Positions 46,827 to 57,035 of a DNA stretch of 62,891 nucleotides are shown here, piece after piece. Every line of letters begins with the position of its first letter. Positions within the stretch are counted from its first letter, which is position 1. Under the pieces are notes generated by a model. The model worked only from the letters and a program-made list of their open reading frames with translations. It was not told where the DNA came from and ran no database searches. The DNA is taken from NCBI GenBank assembly GCA_023265685.1, contig JAHFSP010000004.1:1-62891 (forward strand), in the 5' to 3' direction. The position numbers and the translations under genes are program-made. The DNA comes from Candidatus Woesearchaeota archaeon (GTDB lineage: Archaea > Nanobdellota > Nanobdellia > Woesearchaeales > GW2011-AR9).

Positions 46827-47585
46827 ATGACACTCTACCTCATTGGTTTAGGATTACAAGATCAGAAAGATATCACTCTTAAAGGATTAGAAACGGTTAG
46901 GAGATGTAGTAAAATCTATGCAGAATCGTACACTTCTCTTTTACAATGCTCATTTGAAGATCTTGAAAGATTCTATGGAAAACAAATTATCGTTGCAAAT
47001 CGTCAAATGTCTGAACAGGGCGATCTTAAAATTATTGAGGAAGCTAAACATCAAGATGTTGCTTTCTTAATTATAGGGGATCCATTTTCAGCAACCACAC
47101 ACGTGGAATTATTTCGTCTTGCAAAAGAACAGCAGGTAGAGGTAAAAGTCATCCACAACGCATCTATTCTCACCTCAGTAGGTATCGTAGGGCTTCAACT
47201 CTATAAATATGGAAGAATTGCCTCAATTCCGTTTATTGAAGATCATCCTCATCTTGAAACACCGTATCGGCTTTTACAACAAAATCAATATCTGGATATG
47301 CATACACTCTTTCTTCTTGATCTTAAACCAGAAGAAAAACGGTTCATGACAATTCCCCAAGCATTAGAGATTCTTGAAGGTATTGAACTACGAAAAAAAG
47401 AAAATCTCATTAAATCTACTATGATTGTGGTTGGTTGTGCCCGCCTAGGATGGGACAATTACAAAATCAAAGCTGGAACTATTGATGAGGTTAAGAAGTT
47501 TGATTTTGGTCCACCACCTCACTGCTTGATTATTCCTTCTAAACTACATTTCGTTGAAGACGAAATGATCCAAATGTGGAAATGA
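46827..47585 (+). CDS. dph5: Diphthine synthase
   Basis: LYLIGLGL, ESYTS, GDPFSATTH, HNASI, HTLFLLD, PPHCLIIP..LHFVE. Confidence 0.95.
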   Translation: MTLYLIGLGLQDQKDITLKGLETVRRCSKIYAESYTSLLQCSFEDLERFYGKQIIVANRQMSEQGDLKIIEEAKHQDVAFLIIGDPFSATTHVELFRLAKEQQVEVKVIHNASILTSVGIVGLQLYKYGRIASIPFIEDHPHLETPYRLLQQNQYLDMHTLFLLDLKPEEKRFMTIPQALEILEGIELRKKENLIKSTMIVVGCARLGWDNYKIKAGTIDEVKKFDFGPPPHCLIIPSKLHFVEDEMIQMWK

Positions 47586-47627
47586 AATCAAATAGAAAGT
47601 AACTACTTTTTTCTATAAAACCATAAA

Positions 47628-48644
47628 ATGATCCCTCGACCAATTACTCAAAAAAATATAGACCATATTTTTAGAGATATATCGGCAACCGAGGAAGTTT
47701 CATTTTTTCAAAACCGTCCAACCAGTGATCAAGCAGGTTTCTATCTCCACCGTCTTGCAACTCGACCTGCATTAGCAAGTATTGTTACAAATATACTCAA
47801 CACCTATCTTCAACGAGCAGCTACCATCGTTGAGTTTGGCTCGGGTGCACAAGGTAGTTTGTATAACCTTCTCGTTCCAGAGGCTCTAAAAGAAAACTAC
47901 CACCAATATGATATTAATCCCCATTTTGTAGAATTTAATCAACAGTTTACATTCGAATTACACATGCCAAAACAACCTCAAAAACAAAAAGACCTAGACA
48001 CTCAAAAACCATTCATTGCAGTAGGTAATATTTATGAAATGCCGTTAGCAGATCAATCTCAAGATGCAGTAGTTGGCTTAAGTTCATGGGATAGTATTAT
48101 TGACTTTGAACAATCTTTTCGAGAAGTACAACGAGTTCTCAAATTAGGTGGATTTTTTATTCATTTTCAAGATATACGTCCAGCTGATGCACCATTGATT
48201 AAAGTCGAAGTAGAAAAACGAAAACAAAAAAGTGCTTCGCCTGTTCAAGCAATATATTTTATAGAGAATTCTGAACAAAGTGTGTTTCGAGTTGAAAATC
48301 ACGTACTCTACGCTTTGGAATCCTGCGATGATTCTTTTGAATTACTTCCGTTAAGCAGATATCTTACAAATCATCTGGCGCGAGTTGCACAAGGACAAGG
48401 ACTACGAGTTAATATCAATGAAAGAATAACTTATGCCATCACAAGTTCATGCCGTGATTATTATAACGGTTACAAGGTAATAAATGTAGATCATCCTCAG
48501 GGAAATATATTTATCAGTGAACCGGGCTTAGCACTTTCGATCAAAAAAGATCCTCAATACGAAGCGAGTGTTCTTCCATTACAAAGAAAAAGAATATTCA
48601 CTCAAGCAACCATTGATGTAATTGTGGCACAAAAAGGGTTATAA
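47628..48644 (+). CDS. Class I SAM-dependent methyltransferase (divergent)
   Basis: IVEFGSG, YDINP, GNIYEMPLADQSQDAVV, VLKLGGFFI. Confidence 0.75.
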   Translation: MIPRPITQKNIDHIFRDISATEEVSFFQNRPTSDQAGFYLHRLATRPALASIVTNILNTYLQRAATIVEFGSGAQGSLYNLLVPEALKENYHQYDINPHFVEFNQQFTFELHMPKQPQKQKDLDTQKPFIAVGNIYEMPLADQSQDAVVGLSSWDSIIDFEQSFREVQRVLKLGGFFIHFQDIRPADAPLIKVEVEKRKQKSASPVQAIYFIENSEQSVFRVENHVLYALESCDDSFELLPLSRYLTNHLARVAQGQGLRVNINERITYAITSSCRDYYNGYKVINVDHPQGNIFISEPGLALSIKKDPQYEASVLPLQRKRIFTQATIDVIVAQKGL

Positions 48645-48666
48645 GTACCATTTTATCTCATTGATT

Positions 48667-49458
48667 TCATCCTTGATGCCTAGCAATCTTAAAATCATTC
48701 ATCACTTCCCACGTCGCTAGTGCATCAAGTGACCCCACAGGCACGTTTCTACCAGCAACAGAAGAAATCCACGATTGCGTCTGTGTAACATCACGAGAAG
48801 TAAACATTCCTTTCAAATATCGCTTTAAATTTATCTCAGCTGGAACAAAGGGATGAGGATATCGATGCATCGCCTGTCCAAATAAAACTGGCCCTGCAAT
48901 TGCTCTCTCAAGATCTTTTCCAAAAACATACACCTCTGGTTGCGGATGAAGTATTTCTTCACGTTCCTCTGCTCCTAACAACGCAAACCGTTCTTGATGT
49001 AATTTTTCTAATTCCATCACTTCATCAATTTTAATTAGTAGTCGTGTTCGACGATCAGGATCTTGAAAATCAACAAAACAATAGGATTCATCACGAATTC
49101 TAATTTTCTCTGACTCCAACCATTCTAAAGATTTAATACTTGACTCCATCGTCCAACTCGGTCGAGAACCATACCCTAAGTAGTTTACATAAAATCGCCA
49201 GTTATTATTTTCTCGTGCATCAGGATACTCTGAAACTGAAACGTGATATGCACAAAAGAAGTATGTGTACAATTGATGTTCACCACTAAACGGAACCGTT
49301 CCCGACGCAATTGCCAGACGAGGGGCTTGTAATTTACCTGACATCTCAACTCCTCGACGAGTTCCATGACCTGTCACATGAGTATATTTGATATCAAAAA
49401 TTCCTGTTCCACGCAACGCATCAACTTCCCCTGGAACATCTTTAAATTCTAATACCAT
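48667..49458 (-). CDS. Hypothetical protein, possible ADP-ribosyltransferase-like fold
   Basis: GHGT near the N-terminus, YFF, late PEVYVF...VPAEI; weak resemblance only. Confidence 0.5.
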   Translation of the reverse strand: MVLEFKDVPGEVDALRGTGIFDIKYTHVTGHGTRRGVEMSGKLQAPRLAIASGTVPFSGEHQLYTYFFCAYHVSVSEYPDARENNNWRFYVNYLGYGSRPSWTMESSIKSLEWLESEKIRIRDESYCFVDFQDPDRRTRLLIKIDEVMELEKLHQERFALLGAEEREEILHPQPEVYVFGKDLERAIAGPVLFGQAMHRYPHPFVPAEINLKRYLKGMFTSRDVTQTQSWISSVAGRNVPVGSLDALATWEVMNDFKIARHQG

Positions 49459-49528
49459 AATTAAAACCACCTAAAATATAATCCTAAACACCAACTAATT
49501 CTATTTCAATTATAACTTTTCTTCAAAT

Positions 49529-50248
49529 TTACCGTGCTGTATAATCCGTATCTCGAGTAATTCCATACGCTTGTTCCATCATAAAAAAAGTTGCCCGATT
49601 GAACTGAATCCACAAGTCAAATTTACGTTTCTGAATAAAACTTGTCGTAAATCTATCTCCAGAGACAGTATGATATTGAATATCAACAAATGTTTCCTGA
49701 GCTTCCATATCGGTGAGCATTTCTGATTCAACATCACTCATTCGGGCATTTCCCGTCCAATATTCTTCCGTAGCTTCAAAAGATGAGCCGCTCTTTCCTT
49801 TACTTGGCCCATACCATAACATTTCATAATCTAGGGCAGGATCAGCACCATACGCCTGACTAAGATGATGTTCACCCATTGCGTACTCGATATTAATTAC
49901 TGGCGTAGTACTTTCTGAATCAGTATCATTAATCTCAGACATTTCATCAATTTCTTCTTCTAATTCTCCTTTCTTGATAGACGAGCCGTCAACGATTTCG
50001 GGATTTTTTGCAGAAGAACGCAAAAAAGAATGTTTGATAAGAAGCTCTTTACTCCTCGGTAAATGTAAAGATGAAGAGGAAAGGCTAACAGATATTTTTC
50101 CTTTCCCCTCCAAATGCGGTGCGTGCTGTTTCTGAGAAACCATCTCTAATACCGTAGTGTCCACTAGTGGAAGAGACAAAAGTACTCTTCGAAGCGAACA
50201 AAAACGATAATAGGCAGGTAAAACCCGCGCGATAGTTTCTTCAAGCAA
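49529..50248 (-). CDS. Hypothetical acidic protein (start uncertain)
   Basis: Long ORF; putative TTG start after a GGTG RBS; no motif. Confidence 0.55.
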   Translation of the reverse strand: MLEETIARVLPAYYRFCSLRRVLLSLPLVDTTVLEMVSQKQHAPHLEGKGKISVSLSSSSLHLPRSKELLIKHSFLRSSAKNPEIVDGSSIKKGELEEEIDEMSEINDTDSESTTPVINIEYAMGEHHLSQAYGADPALDYEMLWYGPSKGKSGSSFEATEEYWTGNARMSDVESEMLTDMEAQETFVDIQYHTVSGDRFTTSFIQKRKFDLWIQFNRATFFMMEQAYGITRDTDYTAR

Positions 50249-50367
50249 CGTACACCGCCCCCCTAAAATTCTTAGCACGAATGCGGTTATATAAATGTTG
50301 CTGATTGCATCTGAGTGGTAAAAATTAGTCCACAAATTTAATAAGCAGATAATCAAAATCTACAATA

Positions 50368-50694
50368 ATGAATATCGAAGTCATTCCATCACAAGCACGT
50401 CGTCTAAGTATCAAAGAGAACAACGTAGAAACAGGTCACGCCTATATTTATATTATTCAAAACGGACTTCATGCAAAACCGTATGCTCTTCTCGAAGACG
50501 TCTTTGTAGAAGAAACACATCGTAGTAAAGGTCTGGGAACACAATTAGTAAAAGCAGCAATTGAAGAAGCAAAAAAACTACATTGTACAAAGATTATCGG
50601 TACAAGCAGATACAGTCGTCCAAGCGTACATGAATGGTATACCAAATTAGGTTTTGAAGATTACGGCAAAGAATTCAGAATGAATCTGCAATGA
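50368..50694 (+). CDS. GNAT-family acetyltransferase
   Basis: LEDVFVEETHRSKGLGTQLV, WYTKLGF. Confidence 0.9.
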   Translation: MNIEVIPSQARRLSIKENNVETGHAYIYIIQNGLHAKPYALLEDVFVEETHRSKGLGTQLVKAAIEEAKKLHCTKIIGTSRYSRPSVHEWYTKLGFEDYGKEFRMNLQ

Positions 50695-50731
50695 ATTCAG
50701 AAAAATACTAACGAGGTATATCGGTATATTC

Positions 50732-51967
50732 TTACAACTTCAACTCATATCCTTCATCATGTGCAGCCTTGCGTAACCAACCTTTCTCATCTTTTATAAC
50801 CTCATCAAAATGAAGATTTTTACGTATATTAGGGACTTCTACCATCTGCCAATCAGAAATTCGTCCATTTTCTAAAGACACTTTCACGTACCGTTTATCT
50901 TTTGGTTTAAGTAACCGTGTCTCCTCTTCAAAGATATATTCATCGCGCCACGTGTCTGGATGGATAAACACACGACCCGCGTGCTCTTCAACGTACCAAC
51001 GATGAATATGGCCTAATACATGAATTTGATGAGTTTCAATACGTTTCCAACGTTGTTTACGCTGAAAGACAGCCATAACCTCATCAACATCCCAATGTGT
51101 ATCTTTAAAACGACGATAAATTTCCCGAAACAATTCTGTAGGGACCCAATATGTTGGATCACGAAAATATCGTAACGGGTAATATAAAAAACATTTAAAC
51201 AAATATTCGAATGACCGCTTGTTAAGTTTATGTACTACTACTCGGTGATGCGAAAACATCAAAGGCCATGGTTTAATTCGCTCAGAGAAAGGATGTTCTT
51301 CTTTCATCGTCATAAAATTACTAATTAAACTAAATGATACCCAAGGGATGTTAAGGATTCGTTCACCTTTAAAATCTAAAAATAGTTTTTTCTTATTCAC
51401 TTTATTCAAAAAATCATGCTGATGGCCATGCTCGACATAGACTCCAAATTGATCATAGCGAAATGTAAAGTGGATTGAATCTCTAGTTTTATCTTTATTT
51501 TTCAGAAGGTTCCTAATTTTACGCTGAACCTGTGAAAAAACCAAATCCGGATCGTGGTTTCCAATAATAAAATAAAGCCGATTTTCTTTTTTTTTAACAA
51601 AGACACTCAGAGCTTCAAAAACTCTGGTATGAGATAAGTACATCTGCTCTAATTTTGACAGAGAAATCTGGGCAGTTATGTGTCGCGGATAAGTTCTAAT
51701 ACCATTCACCACATATGGGCATTTGAGAAAATCGAATGTATCTCCATTAAGAATCAGATCAACAGGTATATTTTGTGTAGCAAAACCCAAAATTAAAGTA
51801 GAAAAACGTGCATCTGCGATAAAATCATCGGTAATGGTTCCTCCCCCCATTTCCACATCTCCCACTATAATAACCTCTCGTTTTTGCGCCACTGGAGAAA
51901 TTTTTACTTTCATTTTTGTCTTCATCAATTGCCAAGAAAGATTCAAGTGTTTAAAAATGCTTTTCAA
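50732..51967 (-). CDS. Calcineurin-like metallophosphoesterase
   Basis: GDVE, LNGDTFDF, IGNHD, EHGH, GHIH. Confidence 0.82.
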   Translation of the reverse strand: MKSIFKHLNLSWQLMKTKMKVKISPVAQKREVIIVGDVEMGGGTITDDFIADARFSTLILGFATQNIPVDLILNGDTFDFLKCPYVVNGIRTYPRHITAQISLSKLEQMYLSHTRVFEALSVFVKKKENRLYFIIGNHDPDLVFSQVQRKIRNLLKNKDKTRDSIHFTFRYDQFGVYVEHGHQHDFLNKVNKKKLFLDFKGERILNIPWVSFSLISNFMTMKEEHPFSERIKPWPLMFSHHRVVVHKLNKRSFEYLFKCFLYYPLRYFRDPTYWVPTELFREIYRRFKDTHWDVDEVMAVFQRKQRWKRIETHQIHVLGHIHRWYVEEHAGRVFIHPDTWRDEYIFEEETRLLKPKDKRYVKVSLENGRISDWQMVEVPNIRKNLHFDEVIKDEKGWLRKAAHDEGYELKL

Positions 51968-52030
51968 AATGATTATTCAAAAGGATATTTTCAAAAAGGT
52001 TATAAATCATGACTGCTTCGTAGTACTTTT

Positions 52031-52414
52031 ATGGCTGAAAAGAAATATGTGTGGTTTAAGCAAAGTGTTAAATTAGATGAAAAAATTAACGCAACCCATG
52101 ACCCACTCAAAGACTGGCATCCTGATCCTAAAGGGTATTTTCTTGTTCGAGTGGATCACATCAAAAAACGAATTGAAGTGGGATATGTCACTAATCAGCA
52201 TGTGATTAGCAAAGCCATCTATGGGAAAAATGCTATGGATCTCTATCACACTATAGTTCATCACAAACTGATCACCCGTCTTGAACACGCCGCTTATCTC
52301 GGAAAAGAATTTTACAAAGCAGAGTTATGTTTACGTTACGGCAAAGAGTATAAACAAGAATTGCCAATTCAATTAAAAGATAAAGAGGTCATCAAGTTGA
52401 AGATTAATAGTTAG
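52031..52414 (+). CDS. Stand-alone DUF4346 protein (domain found on archaeal DHPS-like proteins)
   Basis: DPKGYFLV, IYGKNA, RLEHAAYLGKEFYKAE...Y.Q. Confidence 0.85.
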   Translation: MAEKKYVWFKQSVKLDEKINATHDPLKDWHPDPKGYFLVRVDHIKKRIEVGYVTNQHVISKAIYGKNAMDLYHTIVHHKLITRLEHAAYLGKEFYKAELCLRYGKEYKQELPIQLKDKEVIKLKINS

Positions 52415-52431
52415 GATGACTATGAAAAGGT

Positions 52432-53283
52432 TCAGGCATCAAAACAGTTTATATTATCTTGTTTGTGCTCCATATTCAATCTAAATGAGGAAAGTCTAAG
52501 AAGTAATTCTTCACAGGCATCACTAAATGCAACAATAGTATGTTCCACATTGACACCGTAAAATAATTTCAGCCCTTCGTTTGTAAGACATAGTGATGAA
52601 ACTTTAAATGTATTCCCAACGGAATTTAAGATAGTAGGTCGTGAATCATTAAACATAAATCTTGCTAACGAACGCTCTCTGATTCTACTTTGAATACTCT
52701 CATCTTGTTCATCAGTTAAAATGGGAAAAAGTGCATACATTTTATTAAATTCAAATGTATCTTTAGATAATGATTGGTTCTCTTGCTTGTAAGCACCTTT
52801 AGAGGAAACTAATCTCCATCCTAATGTTGTTAACCAACTAGGCAAATCTCGTTGTATCAATAGTAGTTCATATCGTCGAAATTGTTCAAATGGGTCGTTT
52901 GGATCGTAGATATTCGATTCTATGATCTGCATCATTCTACGTGGGGTGAATTCTTCTCCCAGAATTTCTGCAAGATCCTCTTGTAGTCGTGTTGTTTGAC
53001 CTGTGCGGTGAGCAAAGTCAAGTTGAATACGTTGTTGTGTTTCTTCAAGAATCGTTGTTTTGGAACGAATTCCCACACGATATAATCCTCTGATCCCTTT
53101 TAGATCATAATTAACAGCACCTTGAGAAAAAGGCCTATTTTCATCTCCTTCCGCAACACTAAAAGCTCGGCGTCCTAGTTCGTTATCTAAATAAGTAGTG
53201 GCCTCGCGTAAACGAGGTAACGCAGTTGCAACATTAAAGGGAGTAGTAAGTGAAAATGAACAAACATATAAATCCAGGACCAT
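52432..53283 (-). CDS. Hypothetical protein
   Basis: About 283-aa ORF, no motif recognised. Confidence 0.6.
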   Translation of the reverse strand: MVLDLYVCSFSLTTPFNVATALPRLREATTYLDNELGRRAFSVAEGDENRPFSQGAVNYDLKGIRGLYRVGIRSKTTILEETQQRIQLDFAHRTGQTTRLQEDLAEILGEEFTPRRMMQIIESNIYDPNDPFEQFRRYELLLIQRDLPSWLTTLGWRLVSSKGAYKQENQSLSKDTFEFNKMYALFPILTDEQDESIQSRIRERSLARFMFNDSRPTILNSVGNTFKVSSLCLTNEGLKLFYGVNVEHTIVAFSDACEELLLRLSSFRLNMEHKQDNINCFDA

Positions 53284-53426
53284 ATTCACGCTTTTTAACC
53301 TCTTCTTTTTAACCCTTTCCTCTTATTTTCTACAGAGCCGTTCTCTTCACAACTTTTATAAAGCCACTAAGCACGATTAAACTGACAAAAAATCAAATAA
53401 GTCTTCAAACAATGAGGGTATTTATC

Positions 53427-54002
53427 ATGGAACAAAACAAAATTGCTATTGGGGAACCAGCACCAGAATTTTCAACAAAAGCATTTCATAACGACAAGAT
53501 TATAGACCTAAAACTTAGCAACTACAAAGGCAAATGGATTGTACTTGCGTTCTACCCTGCAGACTTCACATTCATCTGTCCAACAGAATTAGTAAGTCTA
53601 GCAGAACACTATGATCAATTTAAAAAACTCAATACAGAAATTTTAAGTGTAAGTACGGACACTGCATTTTCACATAAAGCCTGGTGGGATAATTCTCCTT
53701 CCATTCGAAAAATAACTTATCCCATGATGGCTGACCCCACAGGTAACATTTGTCGTGCATATGGTACCTATATCGAAACCGAAGGTCTTAGTCTGCGAGG
53801 AACATTTATTATTGATCCTGATGGAATTCTCAAATCTATGGATGTACATGATAATAGTATTGGACGTAATACTGCTGAAATCATTCGTAAATTACAAGCA
53901 GCACAATATGTTCGTCAAAATGGTGGTGAAGTCTGTCCTGCTAACTGGCAACCTGGAACAAAAACTCTCCGGCCTGGGTTAGATCTCGTCGGAAAAATTT
54001 AG
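53427..54002 (+). CDS. ahpC: Typical 2-Cys peroxiredoxin
   Basis: FYPADFTFICPTE, RGTFIIDP, GEVCPANW. Confidence 0.95.
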   Translation: MEQNKIAIGEPAPEFSTKAFHNDKIIDLKLSNYKGKWIVLAFYPADFTFICPTELVSLAEHYDQFKKLNTEILSVSTDTAFSHKAWWDNSPSIRKITYPMMADPTGNICRAYGTYIETEGLSLRGTFIIDPDGILKSMDVHDNSIGRNTAEIIRKLQAAQYVRQNGGEVCPANWQPGTKTLRPGLDLVGKI

Positions 54003-54020
54003 AAAATGAGGAAAAACAAC

Positions 54021-54638
54021 ATGACCTTACCAACAAACTTAGGACCATATGAAGCAAAAAACTTTGATCACTTACTTGGTGTTACTGGTTTCTCTGAGAC
54101 TTTACTCAAAAACCATTTTACTCTTTACCAGGGCTATGTTACAAACACCAACAAACTTCGTGATATACTTACTGCTCTAGTTAAAGAAGGTAAAATAGCA
54201 ACGCCAGAATTTGCTGAACTTACTCGTCGTTTCGGATGGGAATTTAACGGTATGCGTCTACATGAAATCTATTTTTCCAACATGACCAAAAATCATCATG
54301 TGCTGGATCATTCGTCACCTCTTGCAAAAAGAATTATTGCTACCTGGGGCTCAATTGAAACCTGGGAAAAAGAATTACGCGGCATTTGTGCAATGCGTGG
54401 AATCGGCTGGGCCGTTTTGTATTATGATATTTTTACTGGCAAACTTTCTAATTGTTGGATTAATGAACATGATGTCGGCCATTTAACCACCTGTGCACCA
54501 TTACTTGTAGTTGATGTTTTTGAGCATGCGTTTATGACTGATTACGGACTTAAACGTGCAGAATACATTGAAGCTATGTTTAAAGTCATTGATTACCAAG
54601 AAGTCGAACGCCGATACACAATGGTTGGTGGCAAGTAG
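54021..54638 (+). CDS. sod: Fe/Mn superoxide dismutase family protein
   Basis: Ligands in NHFTLY, LHEIYF and DVFEHAF; GIGWAVL. Confidence 0.88.
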   Translation: MTLPTNLGPYEAKNFDHLLGVTGFSETLLKNHFTLYQGYVTNTNKLRDILTALVKEGKIATPEFAELTRRFGWEFNGMRLHEIYFSNMTKNHHVLDHSSPLAKRIIATWGSIETWEKELRGICAMRGIGWAVLYYDIFTGKLSNCWINEHDVGHLTTCAPLLVVDVFEHAFMTDYGLKRAEYIEAMFKVIDYQEVERRYTMVGGK

Positions 54639-54670
54639 CAATATTTTTTAACTTTCTCTATTTTTATTTA

Positions 54671-55135
54671 TCAGTCAACTTTTTCTTCTAAAACAGTTTT
54701 AGGTGTGTCAGTTTTGGTCTTAACTCTCTCAATAAAAGTCTGAAGATCATAGGGTCGTCGTAGCTCAAGTCCACTTCCTAACATATCATCTACTAATTGG
54801 TTCACATTATTTACTCTTCCATAAATCTCAACAGGTCTATGGGGATCAGGAACAAGAACTGTACAACCTCCAAGATGATAAACTCGCTCTCCCGACATAA
54901 CTGGGTATCTATCTTTACGATGAAAAACCGGTTCTATTCCTAATTTCTCAAAATAAGTATTTACCTCTTGAATATCTATCTCTACAGGAGGTTTTCCATA
55001 CACCCTACCCTCTAATTTGACATGAACTAAAGTGTCATCAGGCGAACCTTCGTGTGAAACACGTATTATATTTTGTGTATTAGTTCGTCCTACAAGTGCG
55101 GCAAGAACGTTGGAAAAATAATCTTTAAATGCCAT
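54671..55135 (-). CDS. Hypothetical protein
   Basis: 154-aa ORF, no motif recognised. Confidence 0.55.
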   Translation of the reverse strand: MAFKDYFSNVLAALVGRTNTQNIIRVSHEGSPDDTLVHVKLEGRVYGKPPVEIDIQEVNTYFEKLGIEPVFHRKDRYPVMSGERVYHLGGCTVLVPDPHRPVEIYGRVNNVNQLVDDMLGSGLELRRPYDLQTFIERVKTKTDTPKTVLEEKVD

Positions 55136-55198
55136 AAATTAACATACTAAATACCTGTTTTTAAATATTTAGCTACTCACAACATCATTCGTGAAATC

Positions 55199-56926
55199 CT
55201 ACTCAATCTCTTTGATCATTTTAGCGATTGAATCAAATCCTTTTTGCCAAAATGCTTCAGAACAAATATCCACGCCCAATTCTTTAGATACCTTGAGTGG
55301 TGCTTCGCTTCCACCCGTAGATAACATCGTAATTATTTTTCCTACCATCATTTGACCCTTCTCTTGATACATCTCATACAACGCAAGGGTCAGCAAATTT
55401 CCAAACGCATAGGCATAGCAATAAAATGGGGTATGGAAAATATGGGGTATGTATAACCATTCATACGAAAATAACTCATCTACTTCAACATGAGGTCCGA
55501 GTTGTGCTCGTAACATTGCAAGGTACTTCACACTAATCTCTTCAAAGGTTTTTCCTTCTTTTATCATCTCATGTGCCATGATTTCAAAACGTACAAAACC
55601 GGCTTGTCGAATGATTGTTGCATAAATATCATCCAAATGAGTAAACATCATCTGTGAAGCCATTGTTGGGTTAATAGATCGTACCTTTTGTGCTAATAAC
55701 ATCTCGCTAAACACTGACGCTGTCTCTGCTAATGGTAAACAAGCAGAATGAGTAAACTCAGTCTGACCTGATGAGAGTACCGAATGAACACCGTGACCTA
55801 ATTCGTGTGCTAATGTTGATACGTCACGATATTTACTGGTATAACTTAGTAATACATAGGGAGTAATGTCTGTTGAGACTGTACTACAAAATGCGCCAGA
55901 ACGCTTCTTAGGCCCAATAGATGAATGAATATGATTACCATCAATAATTTTTCGAGCAGCAGTTCCAAATTCAGAAGAAAAACCATCAAATGTTTCTAGA
56001 ACAAGTTTAATTGCTGAATCATAACTAATTTTTGCTTTCTCTTCGTGTAATGGTGCATAAATGTCAAATCGGCGTAATTTCTTTAGCCCCAGTTTACGTC
56101 TCTTAATATCAAAGAAATGATGAAACAGTTTTTCATTACGTTCACAGACTTTTAATAATGTGTCAACGGCTTTATCGGGCAGATCATTATCAATATTACG
56201 GACCTGGATGGGTGTTTTATAGCCCCGTAAATTAATTTGCTCTGCACGCCAATCTAGCGCGATATTTTTGTAAATTTCTCCAAGAACATCAACGTGTTTC
56301 TTGTAGGGGGATAATAAAGTCCTATATGTGTTCTCGCGAACGTTTGGCGAACTAGAACGCACAAATGTAACTAACTCTTCTTGAGTATACTTCTTACCTT
56401 CAACAACATATTCAAAATGACTCGTTGTTAATTCATAAAGTGTATTGAGGGCTGATCCACCTGTTACATCTTTGGTGTTGATAATTTTTTCCTCTTTTTC
56501 ACTCAATGTATATCTCTTGGTTTTACGGATAGTTTCAAGGTAATAATGATATTTTCCACTTGCTTTAATCAGCTCTTGTGCTTTATGTTTAGATAGATCC
56601 TTAAACCAGAAGCTAAAAAACAATAAACGATTACCATACTCAGTTAACGTAGTCTCTATCTTTGATGATGCCGCGAGCATAGCTTGATCAGACACATCTT
56701 CACACTGTTTAAGATGATAATACGATGCAAATTTTTCAATATGTTTTCGCAACTCTTCAAACTCTCGTAATAGTGATAAGAACACGGTAGGTTTAATGGT
56801 TGGTGAAAGAATTTTTCGTTTAGACTCAAGATTTCGTACTTTTTTCTCTACTGCATGCAGCTGACTCTCTACACCCCCCATCTTCAACGCTGAAAGATCC
56901 CATGTGCCTTCTTTGTATACTTTCAT
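55199..56926 (-). CDS. pepF: M3-family oligoendopeptidase F
   Basis: KRSGAFC, TLAHELGHGVH, AETASVFSE, IPHIFHTPFYCYAYAFG. Confidence 0.93.
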   Translation of the reverse strand: MKVYKEGTWDLSALKMGGVESQLHAVEKKVRNLESKRKILSPTIKPTVFLSLLREFEELRKHIEKFASYYHLKQCEDVSDQAMLAASSKIETTLTEYGNRLLFFSFWFKDLSKHKAQELIKASGKYHYYLETIRKTKRYTLSEKEEKIINTKDVTGGSALNTLYELTTSHFEYVVEGKKYTQEELVTFVRSSSPNVRENTYRTLLSPYKKHVDVLGEIYKNIALDWRAEQINLRGYKTPIQVRNIDNDLPDKAVDTLLKVCERNEKLFHHFFDIKRRKLGLKKLRRFDIYAPLHEEKAKISYDSAIKLVLETFDGFSSEFGTAARKIIDGNHIHSSIGPKKRSGAFCSTVSTDITPYVLLSYTSKYRDVSTLAHELGHGVHSVLSSGQTEFTHSACLPLAETASVFSEMLLAQKVRSINPTMASQMMFTHLDDIYATIIRQAGFVRFEIMAHEMIKEGKTFEEISVKYLAMLRAQLGPHVEVDELFSYEWLYIPHIFHTPFYCYAYAFGNLLTLALYEMYQEKGQMMVGKIITMLSTGGSEAPLKVSKELGVDICSEAFWQKGFDSIAKMIKEIE

Positions 56927-57035
56927 ATAAAAAAGACTTATTTTACGTTATATAAAGGTTACGAGGGCGCTGAATTGGTGTCTTTACTGGCAACGCAACA
57001 TTACCTTTAAGAACCCTAAAATCTTCCTTCCACCA

